Counted from the stretch's first letter, positions 1 to 8,869 are shown. The stretch is DNA of 64,000 bases from an uncultured virus (IMG/VR IMGVR_UViG_3300023174_000108) (IMGVR_UViG_3300023174_000108); one strand, 5' to 3'. Notes: generated by a model from the letters alone, not told the origin. Program-made: numbers and translations.

Positions 1-179
1 CGTGGAGTGGGAAGCGGTGAGGGCGAAGCAATAGTAGCCCAACAATAATGGAGTGCCTATACCTTCCGTGTGCCGATAGTTGTAAGACCCTAGCGATAAG
101 AAGTAGCGATTGCGACGCATAGTCTAACCTTGTGCGTTAGGGTACTTACAATTTAACTACTAATAGAAAGAGAAATGAT

Positions 180-656
180 ATGGGACTAGATATGTACCTA
201 TATGCAAGCAAGTATGTAGCAGATAGTGAACTATTTGATAAAGATAATCCTAGAAAGTATGCAGAGATTGTAAAAGCCGTAGGCGCAGAGGAGTTTCCTA
301 AAGGCGCGTTCGGTAGTGCTACCGTTGATATTCAAGTTGGATATTGGCGCAAGGCTAATGCTATCCATGATTGGTTCGTTCAGAACTGTCAAGGTGGAGA
401 GGACGATTGCCGTAAGTCACACGTCTCACGCGATAGTCTTATTGAGTTGCGTGACCTATGTATGAACGTGTTAGCCGATAAAGGTAACAAGGATAGGGCT
501 GAGGAGTTTCTACCTACCGCTTCGGGTTTCTTTTTTGGTGGTACTGAGTACGACGAGTATTACTGGGAGTATGTAGAGAATACAATTACCGTACTTAACA
601 CGTTGCTAGTCACCGTCCCTGAGGATTGGGACTTTACTTATCAGAGTAGTTGGTAG
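180..656 (+). CDS. conserved phage hypothetical protein
   Basis: MGLDMYL...YWRKANAIHDWF...GFFFG..EYDEYY pattern, recurrent in phage proteins; purine-rich RBS upstream. Confidence 0.75.
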   Translation: MGLDMYLYASKYVADSELFDKDNPRKYAEIVKAVGAEEFPKGAFGSATVDIQVGYWRKANAIHDWFVQNCQGGEDDCRKSHVSRDSLIELRDLCMNVLADKGNKDRAEEFLPTASGFFFGGTEYDEYYWEYVENTITVLNTLLVTVPEDWDFTYQSSW

Positions 657-687
657 TAGATTATGAACCCGCAAAGAAAGGAACGAT

Positions 688-948
688 ATGGATAGCAAAG
701 AGTTATTAGATTGGATTGAGGAAGTAATCCATGACCAACAAGAGGCTAGTGATGATGAGAGACTTGGATTTATCAAGCGTGTCATAGACACTAACTGGCA
801 AAGCCCTTTCATTACTAACTGCTCTAATTGCGGTGGTACTGGTGAGGACGGAAGCAACGCTTACCCTACCCCTTGCGTACCCTGTTGGGGTCGCGGTAGA
901 GTTGATAAAGATGAACCTGAAATAAAAGAGATGGACGGTGTAAGTTAA
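688..948 (+). CDS. hypothetical protein with DnaJ-type CxxCxGxG zinc-finger motifs
   Basis: CSNCGGTG and CVPCWGRG; AAGGA RBS. Confidence 0.65.
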   Translation: MDSKELLDWIEEVIHDQQEASDDERLGFIKRVIDTNWQSPFITNCSNCGGTGEDGSNAYPTPCVPCWGRGRVDKDEPEIKEMDGVS

Positions 949-1193
949 TGGCTAAAGTAAAGGCGGAACTTATGAATATGCACGAAGCCCTGCAAGAAGT
1001 AGTAAATAAAATAGAGAACGGGTTAAACAACTCTATCCCCGCTGATTATGTATTGGATAGCCTTATTGACTATTTAACTGACGCTGGTTATATGAACGAA
1101 TACACTTGCGAGTGCGGTGGGTCATGCGGTTGCGACGGAGTTGCCCCTGAAGAACCTTCAGAGATTATAGAAGCAGAGATTGTAGATGAGTGA
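948..1193 (+). CDS. acidic hypothetical protein with Cys cluster
   Basis: TAATG overlap with previous gene; CECGGSCGC. Confidence 0.6.
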   Translation: MAKVKAELMNMHEALQEVVNKIENGLNNSIPADYVLDSLIDYLTDAGYMNEYTCECGGSCGCDGVAPEEPSEIIEAEIVDE

Positions 1194-1407
1194 GCCGTCC
1201 TATTTAAGTGGCGACCCTTTCTCTAACCTAACTACTGGAGAGAACGTACAAGAAGTAGAGTGCGGATACTGCGGTCATGCGGTTGAAGTATCTACGCAAG
1301 AGGAGTACGGTCACAACACGGTTACTTGGTTCGCTGAGTGGACGTGCTTTAAGTGTGGTGAGGATTGTGAGTCTGAGGGTTGGTACGACCCCAATGATAA
1401 TAACTAG
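1186..1407 (+). CDS. small zinc-ribbon protein
   Basis: CGYC...CFKC pairs; overlaps previous stop. Confidence 0.6.
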   Translation: MSEPSYLSGDPFSNLTTGENVQEVECGYCGHAVEVSTQEEYGHNTVTWFAEWTCFKCGEDCESEGWYDPNDNN

Positions 1408-1415
1408 GGAGAGAG

Positions 1416-1835
1416 ATGCAAACCTTTTTACCGCTTCCTGATTTCAGAGAGAGCGCGTTAGTATTAGACAACAAGAGATTAGGTAAGCAACGAGTAGAGG
1501 CTTATCAAATTACAAGAGTGTTGGCTGGACTAACAAAGGGCTGGCGTAATCACCCTGCTGTTTTGATGTGGAAAGATTACGAACCCGCCTTGTACGAGTA
1601 CGGGCGAATAGTTTGTGTCGAGTGGCGCGCTAGAGGCTTCGTTGATAACCTTTATGATAAGTTTCCTATCGAACCTGTCATATTACCTGCATGGCTAGGG
1701 GATATGCGATTGCATACCTCTCACCAAGCAAACCTAGTACGGAAGTTACCTGAACACTATCGGGAACACTTCCCTGATGTAGATGAAACTATGCCCTACT
1801 TTTGGGTATCTAACGAAAAGGAATACAATGGCTAA
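1416..1835 (+). CDS. pyrimidine-dimer DNA glycosylase / endonuclease V-like protein (MSMEG_6728 family)
   Basis: MQTFLP...LDNKRLGKQRVEAYQI...GWRNHPAVLMW...PAWLG...HTSHQANL signature. Confidence 0.85.
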   Translation: MQTFLPLPDFRESALVLDNKRLGKQRVEAYQITRVLAGLTKGWRNHPAVLMWKDYEPALYEYGRIVCVEWRARGFVDNLYDKFPIEPVILPAWLGDMRLHTSHQANLVRKLPEHYREHFPDVDETMPYFWVSNEKEYNG

Positions 1836-2118
1836 GAAAGTAAATGTAGTGTTTTATGCACAAGCAATTAAGAACGCTGAAAAGGGTGGCGCATGGTTAG
1901 CGACCATTCGTATTACTGATGAAGGCATGGATAGCCCAATTCATGAACTCGTAACTGCTTGGTCTAATGCTTCCGCGGCGAAGCGTTGGATTAAGGAGTC
2001 GGTTCAGAAATTAACACCACGCAAGTCAGTAAAGATGATTGCTACCACGCAGAACTTAGACGCTAAGGGTAAGCCTTTGGCATGGGTAGGTCAGATTGGC
2101 TACAAGCGAGATGTATAA
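1828..2118 (+). CDS. hypothetical protein
   Basis: Start moved to ATG 1828 (MAKKVN), preceded by AAGGA and overlapping previous stop. Confidence 0.65.
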   Translation: MAKKVNVVFYAQAIKNAEKGGAWLATIRITDEGMDSPIHELVTAWSNASAAKRWIKESVQKLTPRKSVKMIATTQNLDAKGKPLAWVGQIGYKRDV

Positions 2119-2251
2119 GACTTACACGGATTTAGACGGGAAATGGTACGGTCACACCTTTATCGGTGACCGCTACCTATTCTCTGCCACAGGGGAGAAC
2201 TCGCGTGGAGAAGTTGAACTGGAACTAATGGTAATGGAGAGTATGGACTAA
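2111..2251 (+). CDS. small hypothetical protein (46 aa, MYKTYTDLDGKWYG...)
   Basis: Hand-translated; overlaps upstream stop and ends in TAATG coupling. Confidence 0.5.
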   Translation: MYKTYTDLDGKWYGHTFIGDRYLFSATGENSRGEVELELMVMESMD

Positions 2252-2376
2252 TGAGACCGTGGGACATAGACGATTGTGAAGTAGCGATTGCACAATTAAA
2301 AGAGCAGGTATATTCGCTGACCGCACAGTACGAAGAACTACAAAACAGGATTTGGGATTTGGAAAACGAACAATGA
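2251..2376 (+). CDS. small coiled-coil protein (41 aa, MRPWDIDDCEVAIAQLKEQ...)
   Basis: Hand-translated; TAATG and ATGA overlaps at both ends. Confidence 0.55.
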   Translation: MRPWDIDDCEVAIAQLKEQVYSLTAQYEELQNRIWDLENEQ

Positions 2377-2462
2377 GTTTCATTGAACCTATTAACCCTG
2401 ATTGGGGTAACCCCTTCCCTAACGTAGAACCTGAGGAGTGGGAAGATGATGATGAGGATTGA
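2373..2462 (+). CDS. small acidic peptide (29 aa, MSFIEPINPDWGNPFPNVEPEEWEDDDED)
   Basis: Hand-translated; ATGA overlap. Confidence 0.45.
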   Translation: MSFIEPINPDWGNPFPNVEPEEWEDDDED

Positions 2463-2471
2463 GAGAGAGAT

Positions 2472-2621
2472 ATGATTTTAGATACTGGAACCCTGATTGC
2501 TATTGTTATTGCTCTAGGCGGTTCACTTACCGTTATGGGACTATTTTGGAGAGAGAACATTAGACTCATGAAAGAGATAAGAAAGCTTCAAGTTGCCCTA
2601 CGAGATGAAAGACGTAAATAA
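2472..2621 (+). CDS. small membrane protein (49 aa, one N-terminal TM helix, basic tail)
   Basis: Hand-translated MILDTGTLIAIVIALGGSLTVMGLFWRE...; GAGAG RBS. Confidence 0.55.
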   Translation: MILDTGTLIAIVIALGGSLTVMGLFWRENIRLMKEIRKLQVALRDERRK

Positions 2622-2765
2622 ATGGGAAAGCACCTAGATAAGATTAAAAAAGCATTAGAACAGCGCCAAGCCTCTACCCCTAACGGCGCTGGATATAAAA
2701 AACCTGGAAGCATGAACAAGAAGAAAACAGGTTACAGAGGTCACAAAGCCAAAGGCTCTAAGTAA
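2622..2765 (+). CDS. small basic protein (47 aa, MGKHLDKIKKALEQRQ...)
   Basis: Hand-translated; starts directly after previous stop. Confidence 0.55.
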   Translation: MGKHLDKIKKALEQRQASTPNGAGYKKPGSMNKKKTGYRGHKAKGSK

Positions 2766-2903
2766 GTTTTTCGTGCGGGGCATGGAAATGTATCAAGGCG
2801 TCAAAGCGAGTCTTAACCTTTCTAACGCCAAGGGCGGTCATGACTTTTCTCTATCTTCGGCATAATGAGAGAGAGATAACGAGCCGTACCTGCGCCTAGA
2901 TAC

Positions 2904-2948
2904 AAAGAGAGAGCCACCCGTTCTTGCTGGGTGGCTCTCTCTATTTTT
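2904..2948. terminator. intrinsic terminator between convergent transcription units
   Basis: 14-bp stem AGAGAGAGCCACCC/GGGTGGCTCTCTCT followed by T tract, at the strand switch. Confidence 0.8.
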
Positions 2949-2950
2949 AA

Positions 2951-4972
2951 TTACTTTGGTACTTCACAGAAGTCAGTAGAGCAATACTTCTCTCCAATAG
3001 CGTCTGCTGCCATACCTGCATATACATCGGTGAAATCAATAGGCATCAGTTTTAGTGTGTGTTTGTCATATTCTTCAGCGGTTATCTGCGTGTACGGCAT
3101 TTGCGGGTAAGTCTTGTTTCCCATCGGTAGAAAGGAGACAGTTTTGAGTTGCCCGTCAAACATATGGAGAACGGTTCCGACTGCGTCTTTCTCGTTCTCT
3201 GCGTCAAACGATACTGTAACACTCACAGAATTGTCTGACCAATGTCGTTGTGCCATAGCAGCGAGAGAGGTCTTTTCAAATATAGAAACGTCCTTCTCTG
3301 AACGCTTAGCGAGAGATTTAATTGGAAAGAACACAACTGAAGTCGTCTTAGGAGATTCTGAAGCTGGCTCTACCAGGTAACCAGATGCTTTGAAGAGAGG
3401 CAACATTGGGTCATCATTACCAAATCTAATAGCACGAAGGAAATACTCACCACCAGGAGTCCAATGAACCCCAGGAGATTCGCCCGCCAAGATAGAAACA
3501 GTTCCACTAGGCTTAACGGTCGTTGTCTTAATAGATTCACGAATACCAAGCCACTCTGAGTAAGACTTATCGTACTGCTGAACAGTAGCGTAACCACTAT
3601 CCATCCACTCACGGAGAGTTGGAAGCCCTACGCGGTCTGCAAAGTTAGCCACACCAGAAATAGAGGTTCCAATACGACGATTGCGTTGCATGATTGCGTT
3701 AGTTTCTTCCCAGTGAGTTGGCAAGAGGGTAACAGTTTTAGCGTAGAGGTAAGCAAACTTCAAAGTTCGCTTGAAGTCCTCTAGAGAGTCATGTCGATTC
3801 AAATAGGTCTCAACCAAAGTACAGCACTCAAATGATTCAAGAGACTGCTCAGCACAAGGGTTGTACCCCGCGGCTCTCCAGTCTTTGTTATTAGGCGCGT
3901 CAACCAAGCGCCCGTACTTGCGAGTAACATCCATCCAAATTACTCCAGGCTCACCATTGAGTTTAATACCATCAACAATGTGTTCTAAATTAGAACCCAC
4001 GCTGACCTCAACAGAATTGTTAGACATCCAAGCCCATCCAGGAGCTGCAGGGTCGTAAGAGTTACGTTCTGGGTAGGCTTCAGCGTTTTTCAGATTTAAA
4101 AAGGTCTTGTCATCTAACCTACCCATGAGTAGCTCAGCTGAGCGGCGGACGTTGCCTGAAACTACGCAAACTCCAATTAGATTACCAATGTCTGCAATAT
4201 CTACACGGGTCAGCTTCTGACCAGCTCGGCCTTTGAATATAGTTCTAATGTAATCATGCAGTTTCATTAAAGGTTCAGGGCCCGCGGCTGTACCGCCGAA
4301 CGTTTTGATAGGCTCTCCAGCCTTTCTAATTAAAGAATAGTCAAACTCATAGATAGGCTGCTCTGGTCTTAAATAGGAATTAAGCAACATAGATACAGAG
4401 TCCACCCAACCCTCACGAGTATCTGGGATGACGTGAATTACTGGCGGCAACTTTGGTTGGTAGATGAGGAAGTCTTTGTCCGCACCCTTGTCATCAAATC
4501 CAACACCCACGCCCAACATAGAAGCTTCCATTAGAAAAGCAAATGGCTTGGCTGGATTGACCTTTGTCATAGACTCAGTTGATACGAAAGAACAGTTCTG
4601 AAGAGCGGCTGAGTTCTTCTGCTCATTAACTAGGGGTGTTCCCATTACCCACAGACCTCTACCTGGTGGGGTCCACTTTAGATTGAACAGGCGGTCAAAG
4701 GCTTCCTTAGCCGAAGCCTGAGCCTTGGCATCATTCCAAGGTAGTCGGTTAGTCTTAGCGTGGTCTTTCTGAATTGAATACATGCCGTTGATTACGCGCT
4801 CGCATACATCAACCCAAGTCTCTTTAGTTCCATCAGCCTTTAGGCGAGAGTAGGTACGAAGAAAAGTAATCTCACCGACCGAGTTTCCAGCCGCATCCTT
4901 ATAGCCCCAAGGTACCTGTTTCCCTTTGTAACCCCCTACAAAATCGTCTGCTAAATGAAATGAAAGTGACAT
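2951..4972 (-). CDS. nrdJ: class II (adenosylcobalamin-dependent) ribonucleoside-triphosphate reductase, monomeric type
   Basis: RTYSR, PPGRGLW, ALQNC, GNVRRSAE, NPCAEQ radical Cys motif, VKPSGT, C-terminal CSTDFC pair; no small subunit nearby. Confidence 0.93.
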   Translation of the reverse strand: MSLSFHLADDFVGGYKGKQVPWGYKDAAGNSVGEITFLRTYSRLKADGTKETWVDVCERVINGMYSIQKDHAKTNRLPWNDAKAQASAKEAFDRLFNLKWTPPGRGLWVMGTPLVNEQKNSAALQNCSFVSTESMTKVNPAKPFAFLMEASMLGVGVGFDDKGADKDFLIYQPKLPPVIHVIPDTREGWVDSVSMLLNSYLRPEQPIYEFDYSLIRKAGEPIKTFGGTAAGPEPLMKLHDYIRTIFKGRAGQKLTRVDIADIGNLIGVCVVSGNVRRSAELLMGRLDDKTFLNLKNAEAYPERNSYDPAAPGWAWMSNNSVEVSVGSNLEHIVDGIKLNGEPGVIWMDVTRKYGRLVDAPNNKDWRAAGYNPCAEQSLESFECCTLVETYLNRHDSLEDFKRTLKFAYLYAKTVTLLPTHWEETNAIMQRNRRIGTSISGVANFADRVGLPTLREWMDSGYATVQQYDKSYSEWLGIRESIKTTTVKPSGTVSILAGESPGVHWTPGGEYFLRAIRFGNDDPMLPLFKASGYLVEPASESPKTTSVVFFPIKSLAKRSEKDVSIFEKTSLAAMAQRHWSDNSVSVTVSFDAENEKDAVGTVLHMFDGQLKTVSFLPMGNKTYPQMPYTQITAEEYDKHTLKLMPIDFTDVYAGMAADAIGEKYCSTDFCEVPK

Positions 4973-5079
4973 ATATTCTCCGCTCGCTTTGTGGGATTAC
5001 CTAGTTTACTGATGGACTTGCTGTAGTTCACCGAGTACCTTGTTTCGTACTCTGGTAGGGGCCTCTTATATGATAAGAG

Positions 5080-6540
5080 TCAAGGCTTATCTTCTATGAT
5101 TTCCCGTATAACTTCTGTGGTTTGAGACTCGTTTAGACCCCCGTCTGGTAGTTCACGGAGCACCTGCGCCCTGTCTCCGAAGATGGAACTTAGCACACCT
5201 GCGGAGCCTTGTCGCTCCACGGTCATGCGAATAAACTCACGTGAGTCGTCCAGTTCTTTGGTTGTTTTAATCAGTTTGAAGAGGCGGTCAATCTCCTGAG
5301 AAACGTTAGGGTCAGCGTAGCCGCCGTTCATTTCTTCAGCAAAACGCATGAAAGCAACGCGTTGTCCTTGCATTTCTATGATTGCATTGATGAGTGACTT
5401 GAGTTGGTCTTTGCTCTTTACCTCGATAGGTAACTTGAAAGCGCACACGCTTTGAGGCTTGAAGGCAGGGCAATTAGAGGCTACAAAACACGTATCGCAT
5501 GCTCTAAGTGAGGACGCTTGGGACTGAACAGTCTGTATATCTTTGATGGTTCCATCGTCTTCAACAACGGTATCTAGGGTGTATCCAAACACTGGTAAGT
5601 TGCCAATTTCAGCGGGGTCGCGTGGCATAAGTTTCCGCATACCAACCTCCTTCTTATCAATATCAGAAGGGGTAGTTTCCGCGTTTGATACCACTTCCAT
5701 ATCACCGCTGTTATCATATAAGAAGCCGTCATCCGTAGACATGCCGTTTACCTTCCGCTCAAATTGTATGTATGACCATACTGCTAATCGGCAGACTTCC
5801 TTTGGGTCGTCTTCCAAAATCTTATCCACGTCTATGCCAGCTTTGGTATAGATGTGCCTGTATCTAGGACGCGCTTGGTCCTTCATCCTCTTTGGGTAGC
5901 GGCTGAGTTTAGTACCGTCCCAAACGATAGTCTCACCGTGCATCATAGGGCTTAGCCAAGACATAGTACTAGCGGTTTCCACCCTCACCTGACGTAGGTT
6001 GTCAGGCTTGGCACAGCCTATCGCATGAAAACGAGTGCCGTTGTTCCGAACATGTGTTCGAGTGACTACAGCGAGCTGGGTCTCTTCCTCGATGGCGTAG
6101 CCAGGGATTGCTATATCTAAATAGGTATCTACCATTAGATTCAAGCCTTTTAATCCAGAAGCTGGGTCCCAAACAGGCTGGAACTTACCTGGCGGCACCT
6201 CCGCCCAAGCTGTCTTTCTCTGCAGCTCGACAAAGGCGGGGTCTACCTCGCTAATTTCATTGAAAGTAGTCAAACGGTCTATGTTATTAGCGATAAAGTC
6301 CTCATACTCGGCGGCAAAAAGTGCCAAGTCGTCTGGACTTAGCAATGTACCTTTTGGGATTCCTGGATACACATAGATTGAGTACTCTAATGGGAAGTAG
6401 TTTTCTAATAAATAATCTTTTTTCTTAGGCAGCCCTCGCTCACGTAACCGCCAAAAGCTGACACCCACATGAGTAGCTGAGGTTGTTTCTAATAAAGTAC
6501 GGTTGCTTGGGACTTCAGCCCCTAAATATATTAGCTTCAC
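5080..6540 (-). CDS. TGT/DpdA-like barrel protein (apparently degenerate) fused to a Cys-rich and helical C-terminal domain
   Basis: PVW...YLDIAIPG...FHAIG...STMSW...G pattern recalls phage tRNA-guanine-transglycosylase-like proteins; C-terminal CDTC-x5-C-x8-C. Confidence 0.5.
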   Translation of the reverse strand: MKLIYLGAEVPSNRTLLETTSATHVGVSFWRLRERGLPKKKDYLLENYFPLEYSIYVYPGIPKGTLLSPDDLALFAAEYEDFIANNIDRLTTFNEISEVDPAFVELQRKTAWAEVPPGKFQPVWDPASGLKGLNLMVDTYLDIAIPGYAIEEETQLAVVTRTHVRNNGTRFHAIGCAKPDNLRQVRVETASTMSWLSPMMHGETIVWDGTKLSRYPKRMKDQARPRYRHIYTKAGIDVDKILEDDPKEVCRLAVWSYIQFERKVNGMSTDDGFLYDNSGDMEVVSNAETTPSDIDKKEVGMRKLMPRDPAEIGNLPVFGYTLDTVVEDDGTIKDIQTVQSQASSLRACDTCFVASNCPAFKPQSVCAFKLPIEVKSKDQLKSLINAIIEMQGQRVAFMRFAEEMNGGYADPNVSQEIDRLFKLIKTTKELDDSREFIRMTVERQGSAGVLSSIFGDRAQVLRELPDGGLNESQTTEVIREIIEDKP

Positions 6541-6998
6541 TGAAGACGTGGGTCTTCCAAAATAGCATCCTGCTGGGTAACTATCTCTCGCTCAATATCA
6601 GCCCAACTCTTGCGGCCTTCTCGGCTGTCTGGTCTGAACTCCTCTTTAATATAAGAAGGCTGAAGGAATACGTTGGTGGTTATGCCAATTTCTAGGAGCT
6701 GTTTGGCTAGCACTGGGTTAGATGTAAATACCATCTCTACTGGCCCGTTGCTACGGCAATGCTCAACCTGACGAAGTTCTGGGTTTTCTTCCGTCATGAA
6801 CGGGATGTCACGACCAATCAGGTCGTCTATCTTATTAATCTTATGCTGCTTTAGCCAAACATCATCAACTTCTTTGTTGGCCGATATTAAAATAACTCTA
6901 TTGTTTTCAGCAAGAAGTCGGTATAGGCCAAGCCCTTGGTAAATAGGTGTGTTTGTATGGCTACGTAACACACCGTCTATAAACATTAAAAATGTCAC
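6537..6998 (-). CDS. HAD-superfamily-like protein
   Basis: N-terminal FIDGVL (DxDGxL-like), VILIS motif II, WLKQH helix; GTG start. Confidence 0.6.
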   Translation of the reverse strand: MTFLMFIDGVLRSHTNTPIYQGLGLYRLLAENNRVILISANKEVDDVWLKQHKINKIDDLIGRDIPFMTEENPELRQVEHCRSNGPVEMVFTSNPVLAKQLLEIGITTNVFLQPSYIKEEFRPDSREGRKSWADIEREIVTQQDAILEDPRLQ

Positions 6999-7023
6999 GA
7001 ATCAATTCTCCAACTGCTGGTTG

Positions 7024-7110
7024 TTAACTTATGCTTGCTTCTGCTTCATCTACTGCATCATCTAAAGTACGGGTATGTTCAGCGGTACAGTTACCGCATT
7101 CTCTACACAT
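7024..7110 (-). CDS. tiny Cys/His peptide (28 aa, MCRECGNCTAEH...)
   Basis: Hand-translated; TAATG coupling to the nucleotidyltransferase stop. Confidence 0.45.
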   Translation of the reverse strand: MCRECGNCTAEHTRTLDDAVDEAEASIS

Positions 7111-8039
7111 TACTTGCCTAACATTGTACGTCTAATTAAAGTATCAGCGTTTGGTAATTCCATACCATACGTTGATTGTTCAAACTCCTTACGACTCTTT
7201 GTAGATATATCTTTTAGTTTCTTTAGGGCTTGAACTGTACCAGCAGATTTGCCAGCCTGCCAACGATAATTAGATGCGTCTGCATATCCTTGGCCTTCAA
7301 TACTAAATGCTGCTTTACGGCCCTGATGAATGTCTTCAAATAATGCAGCGCCCTGTTGCACTGCAAGTTGCAATGCAGCCTCTGCATTACGACGTGCGTG
7401 GTCAGTAGTTGCTGAACCGATAGCAGTTAATGCTTTTGAATAACGTGAAAGAATCTCTGTTGCCATAGATGTATCTTGTGATACTTTTCTATCCCATATT
7501 TTATTTGCTGGTGGTTTACGAAGTTCTGGTTGCACTGTCCAGTCGTCGCTAGTTAATGAATATGCTGCATAAGGTTTGATATCCACAATATTAGACTTTA
7601 CATTTACATAAAAGGTTAACTCAAACGCTTCAAGAAAGTTACCAGTGTTTGGGTGTAACGCTGTTCTGAAATCCTCGTTAAACATATCAGCAATCTGTTT
7701 ATCACTCAGAGCCTTGTACTCTGGATTGGAACGACGGAACTGAAGATAGTTCACGCCAATCAAACAGTCAAGGTCAGCAGGCTTACGTGCTGCTGTCCAC
7801 TGATAAGAAACGGCTGACCCTGCCAACCAGGCGTGAATATAGGCCTCAGGGTTATAGTAATGAACCTTTAAGTGTTCAATTAAAATACGAAGGATAGATG
7901 AGCGAATAGACGGAATGAGTTTCCCGTCCCGAAATAGTCGTGGGTCAAGGCCTGAGGCCGACGGACTAAAATATGAGGTCTCTGACGGCTCTACTTCTAC
8001 GGGTGTTGCCTGTGCAACAAGGGCATCGTAGAAGTTCAT
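7110..8039 (-). CDS. polymerase-beta-superfamily nucleotidyltransferase
   Basis: LAGS...DLD motif (LAGSAVSYQWTAARKPADLDCL); start set to ATG 8039, 6 nt downstream of TATAAT. Confidence 0.75.
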   Translation of the reverse strand: MNFYDALVAQATPVEVEPSETSYFSPSASGLDPRLFRDGKLIPSIRSSILRILIEHLKVHYYNPEAYIHAWLAGSAVSYQWTAARKPADLDCLIGVNYLQFRRSNPEYKALSDKQIADMFNEDFRTALHPNTGNFLEAFELTFYVNVKSNIVDIKPYAAYSLTSDDWTVQPELRKPPANKIWDRKVSQDTSMATEILSRYSKALTAIGSATTDHARRNAEAALQLAVQQGAALFEDIHQGRKAAFSIEGQGYADASNYRWQAGKSAGTVQALKKLKDISTKSRKEFEQSTYGMELPNADTLIRRTMLGK

Positions 8040-8045
8040 GCATTT

Positions 8046-8051
8046 ATTATA
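8046..8051 (-). promoter_or_regulatory. -10 box of leaderless promoter
   Basis: TATAAT-aaatgc-ATG. Confidence 0.65.
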
Positions 8052-8253
8052 GTTCCTTTTCGCGCTCTTCCTTATAGATAAGGTCGTAACGCTGCATCTT
8101 TTCTTCAACGCTCTGCGTCAAAGGCTTTGTCATGTAACCGCACTCGTTGTGTGCATTGACAAATGACTGCGCCCACACCAAAAGAAGTGTGTCTGATTCT
8201 GTTACATCTGCTTGGAATGAAGCACTGCAGTTGCAAGACATTTCGATAAACAT
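8047..8253 (-). CDS. small hypothetical protein with CxC...HxxC
   Basis: ORF track; start at ATG after GAGGGTGG RBS. Confidence 0.6.
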   Translation of the reverse strand: MFIEMSCNCSASFQADVTESDTLLLVWAQSFVNAHNECGYMTKPLTQSVEEKMQRYDLIYKEEREKEL

Positions 8254-8314
8254 GGGAACCACCCTCTTTGTTAGCGCTGTGTAGTTACAGTATACGCCAG
8301 AGTTACGAGGCTTT

Positions 8315-8869
8315 TCAGTCGTAAAGTCCGCGCTCTTTGTAGGCCTTTTGCTGGTTATACATCTTAACTGGGCAAAAATCGCATAAATGGACCTTAATTG
8401 TAGACTGGGCCAAGCCTTCAGCGGCTCGTTCTTTGGCCGTTCCTGGCTTAAGCACTTTACGCTCTGACTTATAGTCTGGGCATTGACCCTTTGGGCTGTT
8501 ATGGATTTTCCAACAACTCATGGCATCTGCACTAAATGTATCTTTCAGGTCATAGAACCCTGTGCCAAAAACGTCAAGACCTGCTGCTAATGGGTTCTTA
8601 GATGTAAACTGCTCTTTAAGTTGAGCAACAATTGACTCTTTAATCTTAGGTGTCATCCAGTAAACCCAGTTAATATCTACAAGCGCTCCGTAGCAGCCTT
8701 TGCGTTCATGTGGGGCATTAGATTCTGCTAAATATGGGTTATCGGTTTGGTCAAATTTACCATCCCCAAGATACTTGCCTGTTTTGACATAAGGCAGTTC
8801 TTCAATGCTTTTGCAGGTTTTGCAAACAAGCAGAAGGATGTATTCGTTTTCAAGTTCAGTGGTAGACAT
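8315..8869 (-). CDS. Cys-rich (zinc-binding) hypothetical protein
   Basis: CKTC, CWKIH...C, CDFC; leaderless promoter TGT-TAGGAT-N6-ATG. Confidence 0.7.
   Translation of the reverse strand: MSTTELENEYILLLVCKTCKSIEELPYVKTGKYLGDGKFDQTDNPYLAESNAPHERKGCYGALVDINWVYWMTPKIKESIVAQLKEQFTSKNPLAAGLDVFGTGFYDLKDTFSADAMSCWKIHNSPKGQCPDYKSERKVLKPGTAKERAAEGLAQSTIKVHLCDFCPVKMYNQQKAYKERGLYD

Noticed and set aside
2144..2200. Hairpin GGTACGGTCAC/GTGACCGCTACC as an ncRNA
   Set aside because: Lies within a 46-aa ORF coupled at both ends (2111-2251); coding is the simpler explanation
4973..5079. Cobalamin riboswitch upstream of nrdJ
   Set aside because: Only about 105 nt with two small hairpins and no recognisable B12-box
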